DNA of 64,000 nucleotides, taken from Deltaproteobacteria bacterium. Its GTDB lineage: Bacteria > JAGRBM01 > JAHCIT01. The position numbers and the translations under genes are program-made. The stretch's first letter is position 1, and each line of letters starts with the position of its first letter. Below, one piece after another: positions 1-9,140 of the stretch. Where the stretch lies: positions 496,245 through 560,244 of the forward strand of contig JAHCIT010000001.1 of NCBI GenBank assembly GCA_026129095.1, in the 5' to 3' direction. The notes under the pieces were generated by a model. That model saw only the letters and a list, made by a program, of their open reading frames with translations, did no database searches and was not told the origin of the DNA.

Positions 1-110
1 TTCGTCTCGCCCTCGCCCCACAGCCTCACCACCACGCGGCGGAGGTTGCGGCAGTCGATCAGGTGCCTGCCGCCTGGACCGAGCTCGACGGCTTTCGGGT
101 CGTAGTTCAT
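1..110 (-). CDS. Prophage hypothetical protein, 5' part only (MNYDPKAVELGPGGRHLIDCRNLRR...)
   Basis: ATG at 110-108 overlaps the TGA of the upstream ORF (ATGA coupling); frame open to the window edge. Confidence 0.55.
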   Translation of the reverse strand, partial: MNYDPKAVELGPGGRHLIDCRNLRRVVVRLWGEGET

Positions 111-388
111 GGATTTTCTCCTTTGTCGGGTGGTTCAGGGGTCTCGCAGCTATCAAAAAGCTCGCAGCAGCGGGCCCAGAAAGCCGGCGGAGGAGGCCAC
201 GAGCCGCGCAAGTGGAAAACGCAATAGGCCATGTTCTCGTTGAAGTCCCCGCACATGAAGACATGCCCGAGCAGGCACAGATCGGCGGCGACGGCCCGGC
301 AGTCGAGGGTGTCGCAGTTGTACACGGCCGGGAGCTCCGGCAGGGAACACGCAGCGGCGAATATTATGCCCATGACTGTTCGTCTCAT
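107..388 (-). CDS. Small Cys-rich prophage protein, possible lipoprotein
   Basis: Directly downstream of the tail fibre; N-terminus MRRTVMGIIFAAAC resembles a short signal peptide with lipobox. Confidence 0.55.
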   Translation of the reverse strand: MRRTVMGIIFAAACSLPELPAVYNCDTLDCRAVAADLCLLGHVFMCGDFNENMAYCVFHLRGSWPPPPAFWARCCELFDSCETPEPPDKGENP

Positions 389-401
389 CTCATCTCGATC
401 C

Positions 402-1583
402 TCATGCGAATGGTGGTGCAGGGGGTTTCCAAATCGTGTATTCGAAGCGGTAGCAGCGTATCTGGGCGTTGCTGCCGTCGATCACGGCGACGTCGGTGCC
501 ATTAAGGGCCGTCAGCACGGCATAGCCGCTGGTGATGGAGTAGGCTGTCCCGGCACCAACCTGCGCCCACGTGGATCCGTTGAAACGATAGGTCCGGAGC
601 TCGTCATTCCCGGTATCGAGGAATGCGACGTCGGTCCCATTGAGCGCCGCTATCCCGAAGCTCGTGCCGAGCCCTGTGATGCCGAGCCCGCTCCCAACCT
701 GCGCCCACGTGGATCCGTTGAAACGATAGGTCCGGAGTTCGCCGTTGCCCTCATCGATCATGCTGACGTCGGTGGGGTTCAATGCCGCGAGACGGGTCGA
801 TGAGGTAACGCCGCTGATGCCGAGTGCACTGCCGAGCAGAGTCGCCTCTCCGGTCGTCAGATTGATCTGGTAGCAGCGGAGTTCCGCTGTGCCGCTGTCG
901 AGAAGGGCAACATGGGTTCCGTCGAGAGCGGATATTGACGGGGACGAAACACCAGGGATTGACGTCCCGCTGCCAACCAGTGACCAGGTGCTCCCGTTCC
1001 ACCGGTATACCCGGAGCGAAGCATTGTTCCCGTCGATCATGGCGACGTCGGTGCCATTGATCGCCGCCAGCGCGGTCCCCGAGGCAACCGCTGCGATGCT
1101 GAGCCCGCTCCCAACCTGCGCCCACGTGGATCCGTTGAATCGGTAGGTCCGGATCTCGTCATTCCCGGCGTCGAGGAATGCGACATCCCTTCCGTTAAGC
1201 GCCGTCATCGACGGCTGGGTAACACCAGATACGCCTAGACCGCTCCCCACGATGGCGGCCCGGCCCCACACCGGTTGCTCCAGGTGGCGCTTCGTCACCG
1301 GATGCACGGGCAGCGTGGGATCTCCGGCGAGCACTAGCGGCCCGGTCATGGTGCCGCCGGCCTTCAGCAGTGCGAGCCCGCCGATCATCGCCTCGACCGC
1401 AGCCGCGAGCTGGGTGTTGTCCGCTTTCGAGAGCGTGATGCCCATCTCCTCGATCAGATGACACAGCTCCTCCTGCAGGGCGTTCAGGAAATCGGCCGTG
1501 ATCTCGGTCCCTTTCAGGGCCGGCGGGCTATTCCGGCTGTGCAGGTTCCCCTCGGTGCGCCTCGCGCCGTCGGTCCGGTGCAT
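402..1583 (-). CDS. Tail fibre / receptor-binding protein with beta-propeller repeats
   Basis: N-terminus MHRTDG...GTEITADFLNALQEEL typical of Mu gp49-like fibres; GGTMTGPL motif; about six ALNGTDVA-x-D...RTYRFNGSTWAQVG repeats; follows gp48. Confidence 0.85.
   Translation of the reverse strand: MHRTDGARRTEGNLHSRNSPPALKGTEITADFLNALQEELCHLIEEMGITLSKADNTQLAAAVEAMIGGLALLKAGGTMTGPLVLAGDPTLPVHPVTKRHLEQPVWGRAAIVGSGLGVSGVTQPSMTALNGRDVAFLDAGNDEIRTYRFNGSTWAQVGSGLSIAAVASGTALAAINGTDVAMIDGNNASLRVYRWNGSTWSLVGSGTSIPGVSSPSISALDGTHVALLDSGTAELRCYQINLTTGEATLLGSALGISGVTSSTRLAALNPTDVSMIDEGNGELRTYRFNGSTWAQVGSGLGITGLGTSFGIAALNGTDVAFLDTGNDELRTYRFNGSTWAQVGAGTAYSITSGYAVLTALNGTDVAVIDGSNAQIRCYRFEYTIWKPPAPPFA
556..1184. 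repeat. Intragenic direct repeats of propeller blades
   Basis: 44-nt ccaacctgcgcccacgtggatccgttgaaacgataggtccggag identical at 556-599 and 694-737, near-identical at 1111-1154. Confidence 0.9.
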
Positions 1584-1585
1584 CG

Positions 1586-2185
1586 TTACTCCTCCTCGTC
1601 TTCTTCGGCCGGCGCGAACAGCAGCACGGTATGCGCCGGGGCCAGCCGGGCGAACAGGCACGGCAGGATCTCGTTATCGGCCCAGGTGAGCGGCTCCCCG
1701 GCGCAGGCCTCACCGGCGTTCGCCGTCCGGATGAGGTCGCCCACCCCGTGGACGCGCCAGACGTGTGCCCATTCGGCGTCCCACTCCGGATCGCCGATTT
1801 CGTCCGGATCCTCATACCCAGCCGGGAAGGTCTCGATGGTGATCTCGAAACCCAGACGTGCGGCCACCTCGATCAGGTACGCTTTCGACTGCCCGCCGTC
1901 CGCGAGGTCCGCCGCCCAGGCCGCCTCGCGCCGCTGCGCGAACGTCTGCTCCTGGGTGATGCAGGGGCCCGGCAACCCAAACACCCGCTCGAAGTCCAGG
2001 AGCAGCTCGTCGCTCGTCTCCGGGAACATCTCGCGCAGCAGGTCCGGCACGCGCCCGTCCACCCGCGCGAGCTCGGCAGCGATTCCCTCCAGCGTCCGGT
2101 GCATCACGCTCCCAGGCTCGCACTCCCAGATGATCCCCGGCGGCAGCAACTGCCGGAGCAACCCCGTGTAGTGCCTCACGTCCAT
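1586..2185 (-). CDS. Mu gp48 / YmfQ-like baseplate protein (DUF2313)
   Basis: YTGLLRQLLPPG, LLLDFERVFGLP, GGQSKAYLIEVA, PAHTVLLF motifs; overlaps the gp47 stop. Confidence 0.9.
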   Translation of the reverse strand: MDVRHYTGLLRQLLPPGIIWECEPGSVMHRTLEGIAAELARVDGRVPDLLREMFPETSDELLLDFERVFGLPGPCITQEQTFAQRREAAWAADLADGGQSKAYLIEVAARLGFEITIETFPAGYEDPDEIGDPEWDAEWAHVWRVHGVGDLIRTANAGEACAGEPLTWADNEILPCLFARLAPAHTVLLFAPAEEDEEE

Positions 2186-3243
2186 GTGACCGTCCCCATC
2201 ACCGGGATGTGCCCGAGCGCCGCCTCGTAGTCTTCGGACGGCCCGGAGAGCGTGTGCGTGATCTCGCCCTGGGCGAGCCCGATGGCCGTGTGGATTTCGG
2301 TGAGATAGATCCGCGATTCCCGCGCCGCCCGCTTGCGCCGGATCAGGTCCTCCAGCTGCTGCGTGACCGCCGCCTTCACCGCGTCGGTGTCCGGCGTGAG
2401 CGCGATCTCGAAATCGATGATGTCGGGCGTGGGGGCGAACACGGTCACCTCGGCCGTCACGGGGGCGAGCGGGGCGATGTGCGCCTGCACCGCTTCCACC
2501 ATCTCCGAATCCGGCACGAGATCCCCGTCGCCTTCCTCGCCGGCGAGCAAGGTGAACGTGACGCCAACGGTGCCGGGGCCGTCCATCGCCGGTATCACCC
2601 AGACGTTCCCTACGCCGGCCACCTGGCGGGCCCATATCTCGTAGTCCGGGATGGCGCCCCCCTGCGGCGGCCGCCGCAGGCGGGCGAGCAGCCGGTCCAG
2701 GAGCTGGCTGGCGGTTTCGGCGTCGATCCCGCCGGTGATCCCGCCATCCGCCGCCTGGGCCTCCTCCTGGATGCCCTCGACCGGGGAGACGAGCCGGAGC
2801 TTCGTCCCGGCGGAGGCGTTGCCGGCCGCGCCGCCCTCCTCGGCCCGGACCGCAATCCCGGCCTCGCCATCGGTGATGGTCCCGCCCGTCACCGTGAGGT
2901 AACGGATCCCGTCCTCCCGCTCCCAGACGGCATCGGTGCCGATCTCCGAACCGTCCTCGCCGGTCACGGTGGCCTGGCCCTCGGCGCTGACCGCCTCGCG
3001 GCGGTAGACCCCGCGCCGCTGCGCATGGAGGATCAGGTTCTCCTCGTCGGCCGTATCGGGCGTCACCTGGCGGCCCGCCCACTCCAGGTGGCCATGCATC
3101 GAGTGGGCCGCGCCCGCCATCACCCGGGCCAGCACCTGGAGCACGCTCCGCCGGAGCAGAGCGCCGCCGCCAGTGAGCCGCGAGGCGAGATCCGCCTGGA
3201 TGCGGGCGTCGAGCTGCTGCAGTGTCGGCCTGTCAAACGGCAC
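2176..3243 (-). CDS. Baseplate J / Mu gp47-like protein
   Basis: MPFDRPTL start, PPQGGAIPDYEIWARQVAGV, GPGTVGV motifs. Confidence 0.93.
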   Translation of the reverse strand: MPFDRPTLQQLDARIQADLASRLTGGGALLRRSVLQVLARVMAGAAHSMHGHLEWAGRQVTPDTADEENLILHAQRRGVYRREAVSAEGQATVTGEDGSEIGTDAVWEREDGIRYLTVTGGTITDGEAGIAVRAEEGGAAGNASAGTKLRLVSPVEGIQEEAQAADGGITGGIDAETASQLLDRLLARLRRPPQGGAIPDYEIWARQVAGVGNVWVIPAMDGPGTVGVTFTLLAGEEGDGDLVPDSEMVEAVQAHIAPLAPVTAEVTVFAPTPDIIDFEIALTPDTDAVKAAVTQQLEDLIRRKRAARESRIYLTEIHTAIGLAQGEITHTLSGPSEDYEAALGHIPVMGTVTWT

Positions 3244-3688
3244 GGAGATGCACCTCCCAGGTCCGGGTCCAGCGGGCCGGAACGGCCCCGGGCCGGTCGA
3301 TCACCGTGACTAGGCTGAGCGCGCCGCTGCGGGCCGGGAGCGCCTCGGCCGTCACCTCCACCGCCGACGCCACGCCGTCCTCGATGAGCCATTCGAGCGC
3401 CTCTCGGGCATACTGGATCGCCCGCTGGATCGTCCGAGCCGACAGTGTCTCGCGGCGGAGCAGCCACAGGCGGCTGCCAATGCGGTCACCTGGCGAGACT
3501 CTCAGGCCATCGCCCCACCAGCCTCGCCGGTCCTCGCCCTCCGGGAGATCGCCCGGCAGCGCCTGGCGGTCGGTGAACAGGCTCACGAGCACGGCCGTTT
3601 CCAGGCCGCCGTCCACGGCGAGATCGCCGCTCTCGAGGGCGAAGTCGGCCCGCTGCCGTTCGTCGTCCCAGCGCAGCGCGATGTCCAT
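3233..3688 (-). CDS. Mu gp46-like baseplate protein
   Basis: LETAVLVSLFTD, RRGWWGD, GSRLWLLRR, YAREALEWLIEDG motifs. Confidence 0.93.
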   Translation of the reverse strand: MDIALRWDDERQRADFALESGDLAVDGGLETAVLVSLFTDRQALPGDLPEGEDRRGWWGDGLRVSPGDRIGSRLWLLRRETLSARTIQRAIQYAREALEWLIEDGVASAVEVTAEALPARSGALSLVTVIDRPGAVPARWTRTWEVHLRAV

Positions 3689-3689
3689 G

Positions 3690-4250
3690 TCACATCGCCC
3701 CCGACGGCGTTCCGGTCGTGCCGGGGGCGGACGTCACTTCGTGCGTGTGAGGATTGTAGGCAGCCCGCATCGCGGCCATCGAACCGGCGGTGTCCGAGAC
3801 GTCGCCCGCCGCCGTGATGCTTCCGCCCACGGTCAGGTCGCCGGTGATCTCGGCCGAAGGAGATTCAACCGTCACCTTCGTCGACCCCCGGACACGGATG
3901 TTCCCGTCCCGCTGGATCCAGACGCGGCTGCCGTGGTCGTCATAAAGACAGACCTCGCCGGGAGCGAGATCCCTCGGCCGGTGCCGCCGGTCGCTCACGG
4001 CGATCACGACCGAGAACCCAGCCAGCTTCACCACGATGGCCTCCGCCCCGACCAGCGGCCGGAACGCAATCCCGTATGGCTGGAAATGCTCCACCGGTCC
4101 GCGCGGCTCGCCCTGGCGGCCCCGGAACTGGATACGCTGAAGCCCTTGCGCCTCGTCCACGAGCGTCACCACCGCCCGCGAGACAAGCGAGGTGATGCGC
4201 CGCTCGTGCGGTTCCAGCATCCTCCGCAGCGTTCGTTCGAGGCCGGTCAT
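3690..4250 (-). CDS. Mu gp45-like baseplate spike (gpV)
   Basis: VEHFQPYG, DRRHRPRDLAPGEVCLYD, C-terminal YNPHTH; ATGA overlap with the gp44 stop. Confidence 0.9.
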   Translation of the reverse strand: MTGLERTLRRMLEPHERRITSLVSRAVVTLVDEAQGLQRIQFRGRQGEPRGPVEHFQPYGIAFRPLVGAEAIVVKLAGFSVVIAVSDRRHRPRDLAPGEVCLYDDHGSRVWIQRDGNIRVRGSTKVTVESPSAEITGDLTVGGSITAAGDVSDTAGSMAAMRAAYNPHTHEVTSAPGTTGTPSGAM

Positions 4251-5302
4251 GTCCACCACCCCTTCTCCGCCTGCTTCTCCGGCCGCGCGACGAGATCGAG
4301 TGCGTCCGGCGGCTCCAGGGTGAGCGTCGTGCGCGTGCCGTCCCCGGCGTCCTTTTCCCAGACGACCTGGGTGACGAGCATCGGCCCCTCTATCTGGCAG
4401 ACCGGATCGTCGACATGGACGATCCGGTTCACGTCCCAGATCCCGTCCGCATGCGTCCAGCCGGCCACGGCCGCCGTGTAGAGCGCGCCGCGCCCACGGC
4501 GGCGGCGGACCTCCCACGCTGCCATCCTCTCCATCGCCACGGCGTCGCCCGCCTCGCCAGAAAGAATCACGAGCGGACGGTGCCGGGGGACGCCGGCGTC
4601 CGTGGCCCGGCCCTTCGCCCTCGCGGCGGCTTCGCCCCAATCGTCGTCGTCGGCCGGTTTCTGGCCGAGGCAGGTGATCTCGCTGTAGCGGCCGCGCACC
4701 GACCGCTGGACGCTCCCCGACAGCAGGTTCTCGCCGAAGACGATGGGCGTCGGGATTTCTTCCGCGCCGGGGCGGGCGATCACGAGTTCGCCGGCCGGGT
4801 TAGAGAGCAGCAGAACCGCCCGCATGGCGGCGAGCCGCCGGACCGCCTCGAATGCCGTCTCGCCCTCCTCGAGTTCGAACTCGCCGAAAGCACGGTCGCT
4901 GAGCGGCGATGCCTGGTCGCGGACCGTGATACCGAACGGACGGCAGAGGTCGGCAGCGATGTGCGCGAGCTTCTGCCCACGCCACACCCCCGGCTTCTGC
5001 GGCGCACTGCAGTCGACGAGATCGGCCGTCCGGTCCCGCCCGGCGATCCGGAGCTCACGGGACTCCACACCGTGGCGGATCCCGTCCTCGTCGATGAACG
5101 CTTCCCCGAGCACCGGCTCGCCGCCGATCTCGATCCGGCAGGGAGCCCACGCCCGGAGAGAACTGAATGCCTCGGGCGCGATAATGGGCGACGCGGCCGT
5201 GAACTCGAACTCCCCGGACAGGTGTTCCAGCGACCGTTGGGCCCGCACCGACTTCCAGCCGGTAAACCGCTTCCCGTCCACGATCACGGCGGCATCAGTC
5301 AC
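4247..5302 (-). CDS. Mu gp44 (gpP)-like baseplate hub / tail protein
   Basis: FTGWKSVR, GRDRTADLVDCS, GETAFEAVRR, RHRPLVIL motifs. Confidence 0.92.
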   Translation of the reverse strand: MTDAAVIVDGKRFTGWKSVRAQRSLEHLSGEFEFTAASPIIAPEAFSSLRAWAPCRIEIGGEPVLGEAFIDEDGIRHGVESRELRIAGRDRTADLVDCSAPQKPGVWRGQKLAHIAADLCRPFGITVRDQASPLSDRAFGEFELEEGETAFEAVRRLAAMRAVLLLSNPAGELVIARPGAEEIPTPIVFGENLLSGSVQRSVRGRYSEITCLGQKPADDDDWGEAAARAKGRATDAGVPRHRPLVILSGEAGDAVAMERMAAWEVRRRRGRGALYTAAVAGWTHADGIWDVNRIVHVDDPVCQIEGPMLVTQVVWEKDAGDGTRTTLTLEPPDALDLVARPEKQAEKGWWT

Positions 5303-6372
5303 TGCGGACCTCCAGTGCCTCGCCGCCCGGCACGAACCCCGGGTGGCGGATCCGGTTCATCCGTACGATCTCGGCCTCGCGCAGCGGGTCGCCGTGGAGA
5401 CGCCAGGCGATGGAGAGCGCCGGCTGGGTCGCGGGCGGGATGAACCGCACGAGGCGAGGCAGGTCGATCGCCGTGCGGTCCAGGTGGGCGGCCACCGCCG
5501 CCCTGAGATCGATGAGCGCGCCGTACTCGGCGGCCGACACAGACCCGGCCGCCAGCTCGTCGATCATTTCCAGCAGCGCGGTCTTGAGTTCCGCCGCCTC
5601 GTCGGCCGTCTCGTAGTGGAGTTCCGCCGCAATGCGGGCTGTCTCGCTCACGGCCGCGACGCGGACCATCTGCACGATGGCCCTCTGGCCCGATGCATGC
5701 TGCGCCGCCTGTGGCGTCGTTTCCGGCACCGCCACCGCGCCACCGCCGCCGAAACCGCCCAGCTCGGTGAGCGCCGAAAGCGCGGACCGGACCGAGACCA
5801 CGCCACCCACCACCGAGGCCACGACATTCTGGACGGAACTGGCGAGCTGCGCCGGCGTCCGGATAAGCGCGGCCGCCGAACCGGCGAGCCCCGTTACCGC
5901 CTGGGCGGCCGCGTTGACGAATCCGGTCACGGCCGAAATCCGCCCCCGCACGCTGTCGAGCAGGGCGGCGGCCGAGCGGACCTGGTCCACGGCCGCCGTG
6001 ACGTACCCAGCCAGCTGCGAGGCCGTGCTGAACACGGCGGCGAACGCGCCGCTGGAGGCCGCTCTCGCGCCAGCGGACGCCTTGACAAGCGCCGCCCGGG
6101 TATCCGTCTCCGCCGACGGCAGCCCGGCGACGCGCGGCACCGCCAGCGGAATCGTGAACTGGCAGTAGCCGCCACGCGAGGTCGATTCGGTCTGGCGGAC
6201 CCGCCCGCTCACCACCACGGTGAGCTCGCCCATCCACGGGTGCACGAGCTTGCCGGGGCCTGGCTCTAGGAGCGCCGCCCGCAACCGGTCACGGGCGTCC
6301 ATGTAACCAGGCCCAACGACGAACGCCTCGACCGTGAACTTCTGGGCCGTGGCCCCCGTGTCCTCGAAATCG
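5295..6372 (-). pseudogene. 5'-truncated Mu gp43 (gpN) DNA circulation protein
   Basis: Similarity starts mid-domain at FEDTG...FTVEAFVVG...GPGKLVHPWMG; C-terminal PALSIAWRLHGD...NRIRHPGFVPGG; usual ~40-aa N-terminus and start codon absent. Confidence 0.8.
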
Positions 6373-6374
6373 CT

Positions 6375-7805
6375 CCCGCCGCCCGTCTCGCGTCGATTCT
6401 CCGGGACGTCCGCCTGAACGAGCCGCACGACTACTTCGCCCTGGCCGAGGAGGTGGAAGAGGCCGAGTGGCACTACCGCTCGGTGATCTCCACCCGGAAG
6501 AGCGCCGTGGCCGGGCTCGACTGGCAGGTGGCCGCAGCCTCCGACGGGGCAAGGGACCAGGAGATCGCCGGGTTCGTCCGCGAGGCGCTCGCCGCGCAGC
6601 CCATGCTCGGGCTGGTCGAGGACCTGATGGACGCACTCGGCAAGGGGTTCGCGGCGGCCGAGATCATCTGGGACTTTTCCGAGCGCCAGTGGATGCCGGC
6701 CCGTTACGAGTGGCGCGACCCGCGCTGGTTCCGGTTCGACCGCGAAAGCGGCCGCGAACTCCGCCTGCGCGACAGGGCCGATCCGGCCAACGGCATTCCA
6801 CTCCACCCGTTCAAGTGGATCGTCCATGTGCCGAAGCTGAAGAGCGGACTCCCGGTGCGCGGCGGACTCGCCATGCTCGGGGTGAGGAGCTATCTCTTCA
6901 AGTCCTACACCCTGAAGGACTGGCTCGCCTTCATGGAAGTGTTCGGCATGCCGCTCCGGGTCGGAAAATACGGGCCCGGAGCGACAAGGGAAGACCGCCG
7001 GACGCTCATCAACGCCGTGGCCAACCTCGGCACCGACGCTGCCGCCGTGATCCCGGACAGCATGAAGATCGAGTTCGTGAGCGCCTTCAGCGGCACGGGC
7101 GTTGAAGGGTTCCAGCGTCTGGCGGAGTTCTTCGACGCACAAACGTCGAAGGCCGTCCTCGGGCAGACGATGACCGCCGACGACGGGTCCAGCCGCGCAC
7201 AGGCACAGGTCCACGACGGCGTGCGGGTCGTCCTCGTCCGTTCGGACGCCAAATACCTGTCGGCGGCCATCAACCGCGATCTGGTGCGTCCGCTCGTCGA
7301 CCTGAACTTCGGTCCCCAGGCTGCCTACCCGCAGGCGATCCTGCAGGTGCCGGAAGCCCACGACCTCACGGCCGAGGCGCAGAACCTCAAGACCATCGCC
7401 GACCTTGGCGTCCATGTGGCCGAGTCGGTGGTGCGCGACCGGTTCGGCTGGCCGGATCCGGCCGATGGCGAGACCGTTATCGGCGGACGCCCGGAGCCGT
7501 CTTCGCCGTTCGGCCTGAACCGCCAGCTCGCCATGAACACCGGGAGCCCGGAGGAGGCGGCCCCGGCCGCCGACCTGCGCGACGCTCTGGCGGCCGAGGA
7601 ATCATCCGACTGGGAGCCGCAGTTGTCGCCGGTCATCGACCCGCTCCTCAAACTGGCTGGCGAGGCGTCCTCGCTAGAGGATTTCATGGGCCGGCTGGCG
7701 GACCTGTATCCGCGCATGAAACCGGACGAGCTGGTGCGTCGGCTGGCCGCCGCCGGGTTCATGGCGCGTGGCACGGGCGACGCCACCGATGACCTCGATG
7801 TGTGA
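6375..7805 (+). pseudogene. 5'-truncated Mu gp29-like portal protein (DUF935)
   Basis: Frame reads PAARLASILR...LAEEVEEAEWHYRSVISTRK upstream of GTG 6453; FMEVFGMPLRVGKY, SKAVLGQTMT; native N-terminus replaced by antisense gp43. Confidence 0.8.
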
Positions 7806-7832
7806 CTTGCTCCAGAAGGCAAACTGACATTC

Positions 7833-9134
7833 ATGCCTGACAGTATTCCCGCAGGTTTCAGCTTCCCAGGCACGCCGCCAAAGGAGGCGCTCGACTATTT
7901 CCGCCACAAGGGCCTGAAGCCGGGGTTCGACTACCGGGACGTCTGGCGCGAGGAACACGCCTACGCATTCACCGTGGCGAAGGCGATGCAAATCGATGTG
8001 CTGACTGGTATCCGTGCGGCGGTGGACAAGGCACTGGCCGAGGGCCAGACGCTCTCACAGTTCCGCAAGGATCTGGAACCGCTGCTCGTAAGGCAGGGCT
8101 GGTGGGGCCGCCAGACTATGACCGATCCAAAGACCGGCATGGAGAAGGCGGTCCAGCTCGGCACCCCGCGACGGCTGGAAACGATCTACCGGACCAACCT
8201 CCGGACGGCCCGTGCTGCCGGGCAGTGGCAGCGGATGGAGCGGACGAAGTCCGCGCGCCTCTACCTCCTCTATCTGCTCGGTCCATCGAAAGAGCACCGC
8301 GAGGAGCATGTGACATGGCATGGCACCCTGCTCCCGGCCGACGACCCCTGGTGGGAGACGCACATGCCGCCGAACGGGTGGGGATGCAAGTGCCACGTCC
8401 GGCAGGTGTCTAAACGGGAAGCGGACGAGCTGGAGCGTGAAGGTGTCGCGGATCCAACGGCACCGCCAGTCCGGGATTCAGCCGGTCGCCTCACCGGACA
8501 CCGCTCGACCCGCTCCGTGCCGGTGAAAACATCGGCACCGCCGGTCCAGCTTGCCGAGTGGCGGAACAAACGGACCGGCGATGTGGAGCTGCTCCCGAAA
8601 GGGATAACGCCGGGTTTCGACACCAACCCTGGCAAGCTGCGCCTCCAGTCGGCCGCCCGGCTGCTGACCGACAAGCTCGAGGGAGCCCCGCCCGGGATCG
8701 CCCAGGTGGCGATCCGGGACGTGATGGCGTCCAGGGAGTTCACCCAGTGGTTCGAGGATCCGAAGTCCGACTGGCCGCTGCTGCGGCTGTCGGACAAGGC
8801 CGCTGACGCCATCGGCGCACGGCACCGCGTGGCGGTGATGAACCGAGGCATCCTGCACAAGCAAAAGAGGCACCATCCCGACCTGAAAATCGAGGATTAT
8901 CGGAAGCTCCCTGAACTCGGCGAGTTTCCGACGGTGATCATCAGGCAGCCGGAACATCCGAAAGGTGAGCGGGTGGCCGTCATCCGGGACCAGGGCGATA
9001 TCTACATGGCGGTTGTGCGCGCCGAAGACCGGGGCCAAGCCACATACGTAGTCTCGTTCCGTCGGGCCAGTGGCCGGGACGTCCGACGCCTGCTGAAAGG
9101 CTCCACTGTATTGTTCGGGAAGTGGGAGGAGTGA
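7833..9134 (+). CDS. Long MuF (gp30) head morphogenesis protein with C-terminal PBECR-like RNase domain
   Basis: EEHAYAFTVAK, GTPRRLETIYRTN, PPNGWGCKC (MuF); C-terminal KQKRHHPDL..EDY..LP, YMAVVR, YVVSFRR pattern resembling PBECR2. Confidence 0.85.
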   Translation: MPDSIPAGFSFPGTPPKEALDYFRHKGLKPGFDYRDVWREEHAYAFTVAKAMQIDVLTGIRAAVDKALAEGQTLSQFRKDLEPLLVRQGWWGRQTMTDPKTGMEKAVQLGTPRRLETIYRTNLRTARAAGQWQRMERTKSARLYLLYLLGPSKEHREEHVTWHGTLLPADDPWWETHMPPNGWGCKCHVRQVSKREADELEREGVADPTAPPVRDSAGRLTGHRSTRSVPVKTSAPPVQLAEWRNKRTGDVELLPKGITPGFDTNPGKLRLQSAARLLTDKLEGAPPGIAQVAIRDVMASREFTQWFEDPKSDWPLLRLSDKAADAIGARHRVAVMNRGILHKQKRHHPDLKIEDYRKLPELGEFPTVIIRQPEHPKGERVAVIRDQGDIYMAVVRAEDRGQATYVVSFRRASGRDVRRLLKGSTVLFGKWEE

Positions 9135-9140
9135 AAATCA

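Noticed and set aside
402-1260. Diversity-generating retroelement TR/VR pair in the tail fibre
   Set aside because: Repeats are in-frame protein blades, two are identical, differences are not adenine-specific, and no reverse transcriptase is in the window
1586-3082. 498-aa ORF
   Set aside because: Only the last ~199 aa are gp48; the rest is an alternative frame of gp47
2209-6269. Long plus-strand ORFs opposite the tail genes
   Set aside because: Antisense shadows expected in high-GC coding DNA; no motifs
1-6372. Tailocin / contractile injection system
   Set aside because: Portal, MuF and a Mu end are present, while sheath, tube and tape measure are not visible and gp43 is broken; a decayed prophage is simpler
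5295-7415. 706-aa gp43 ORF from the track
   Set aside because: Its N-terminal half is the antisense of the portal gene; gp43 similarity starts only at ~6372
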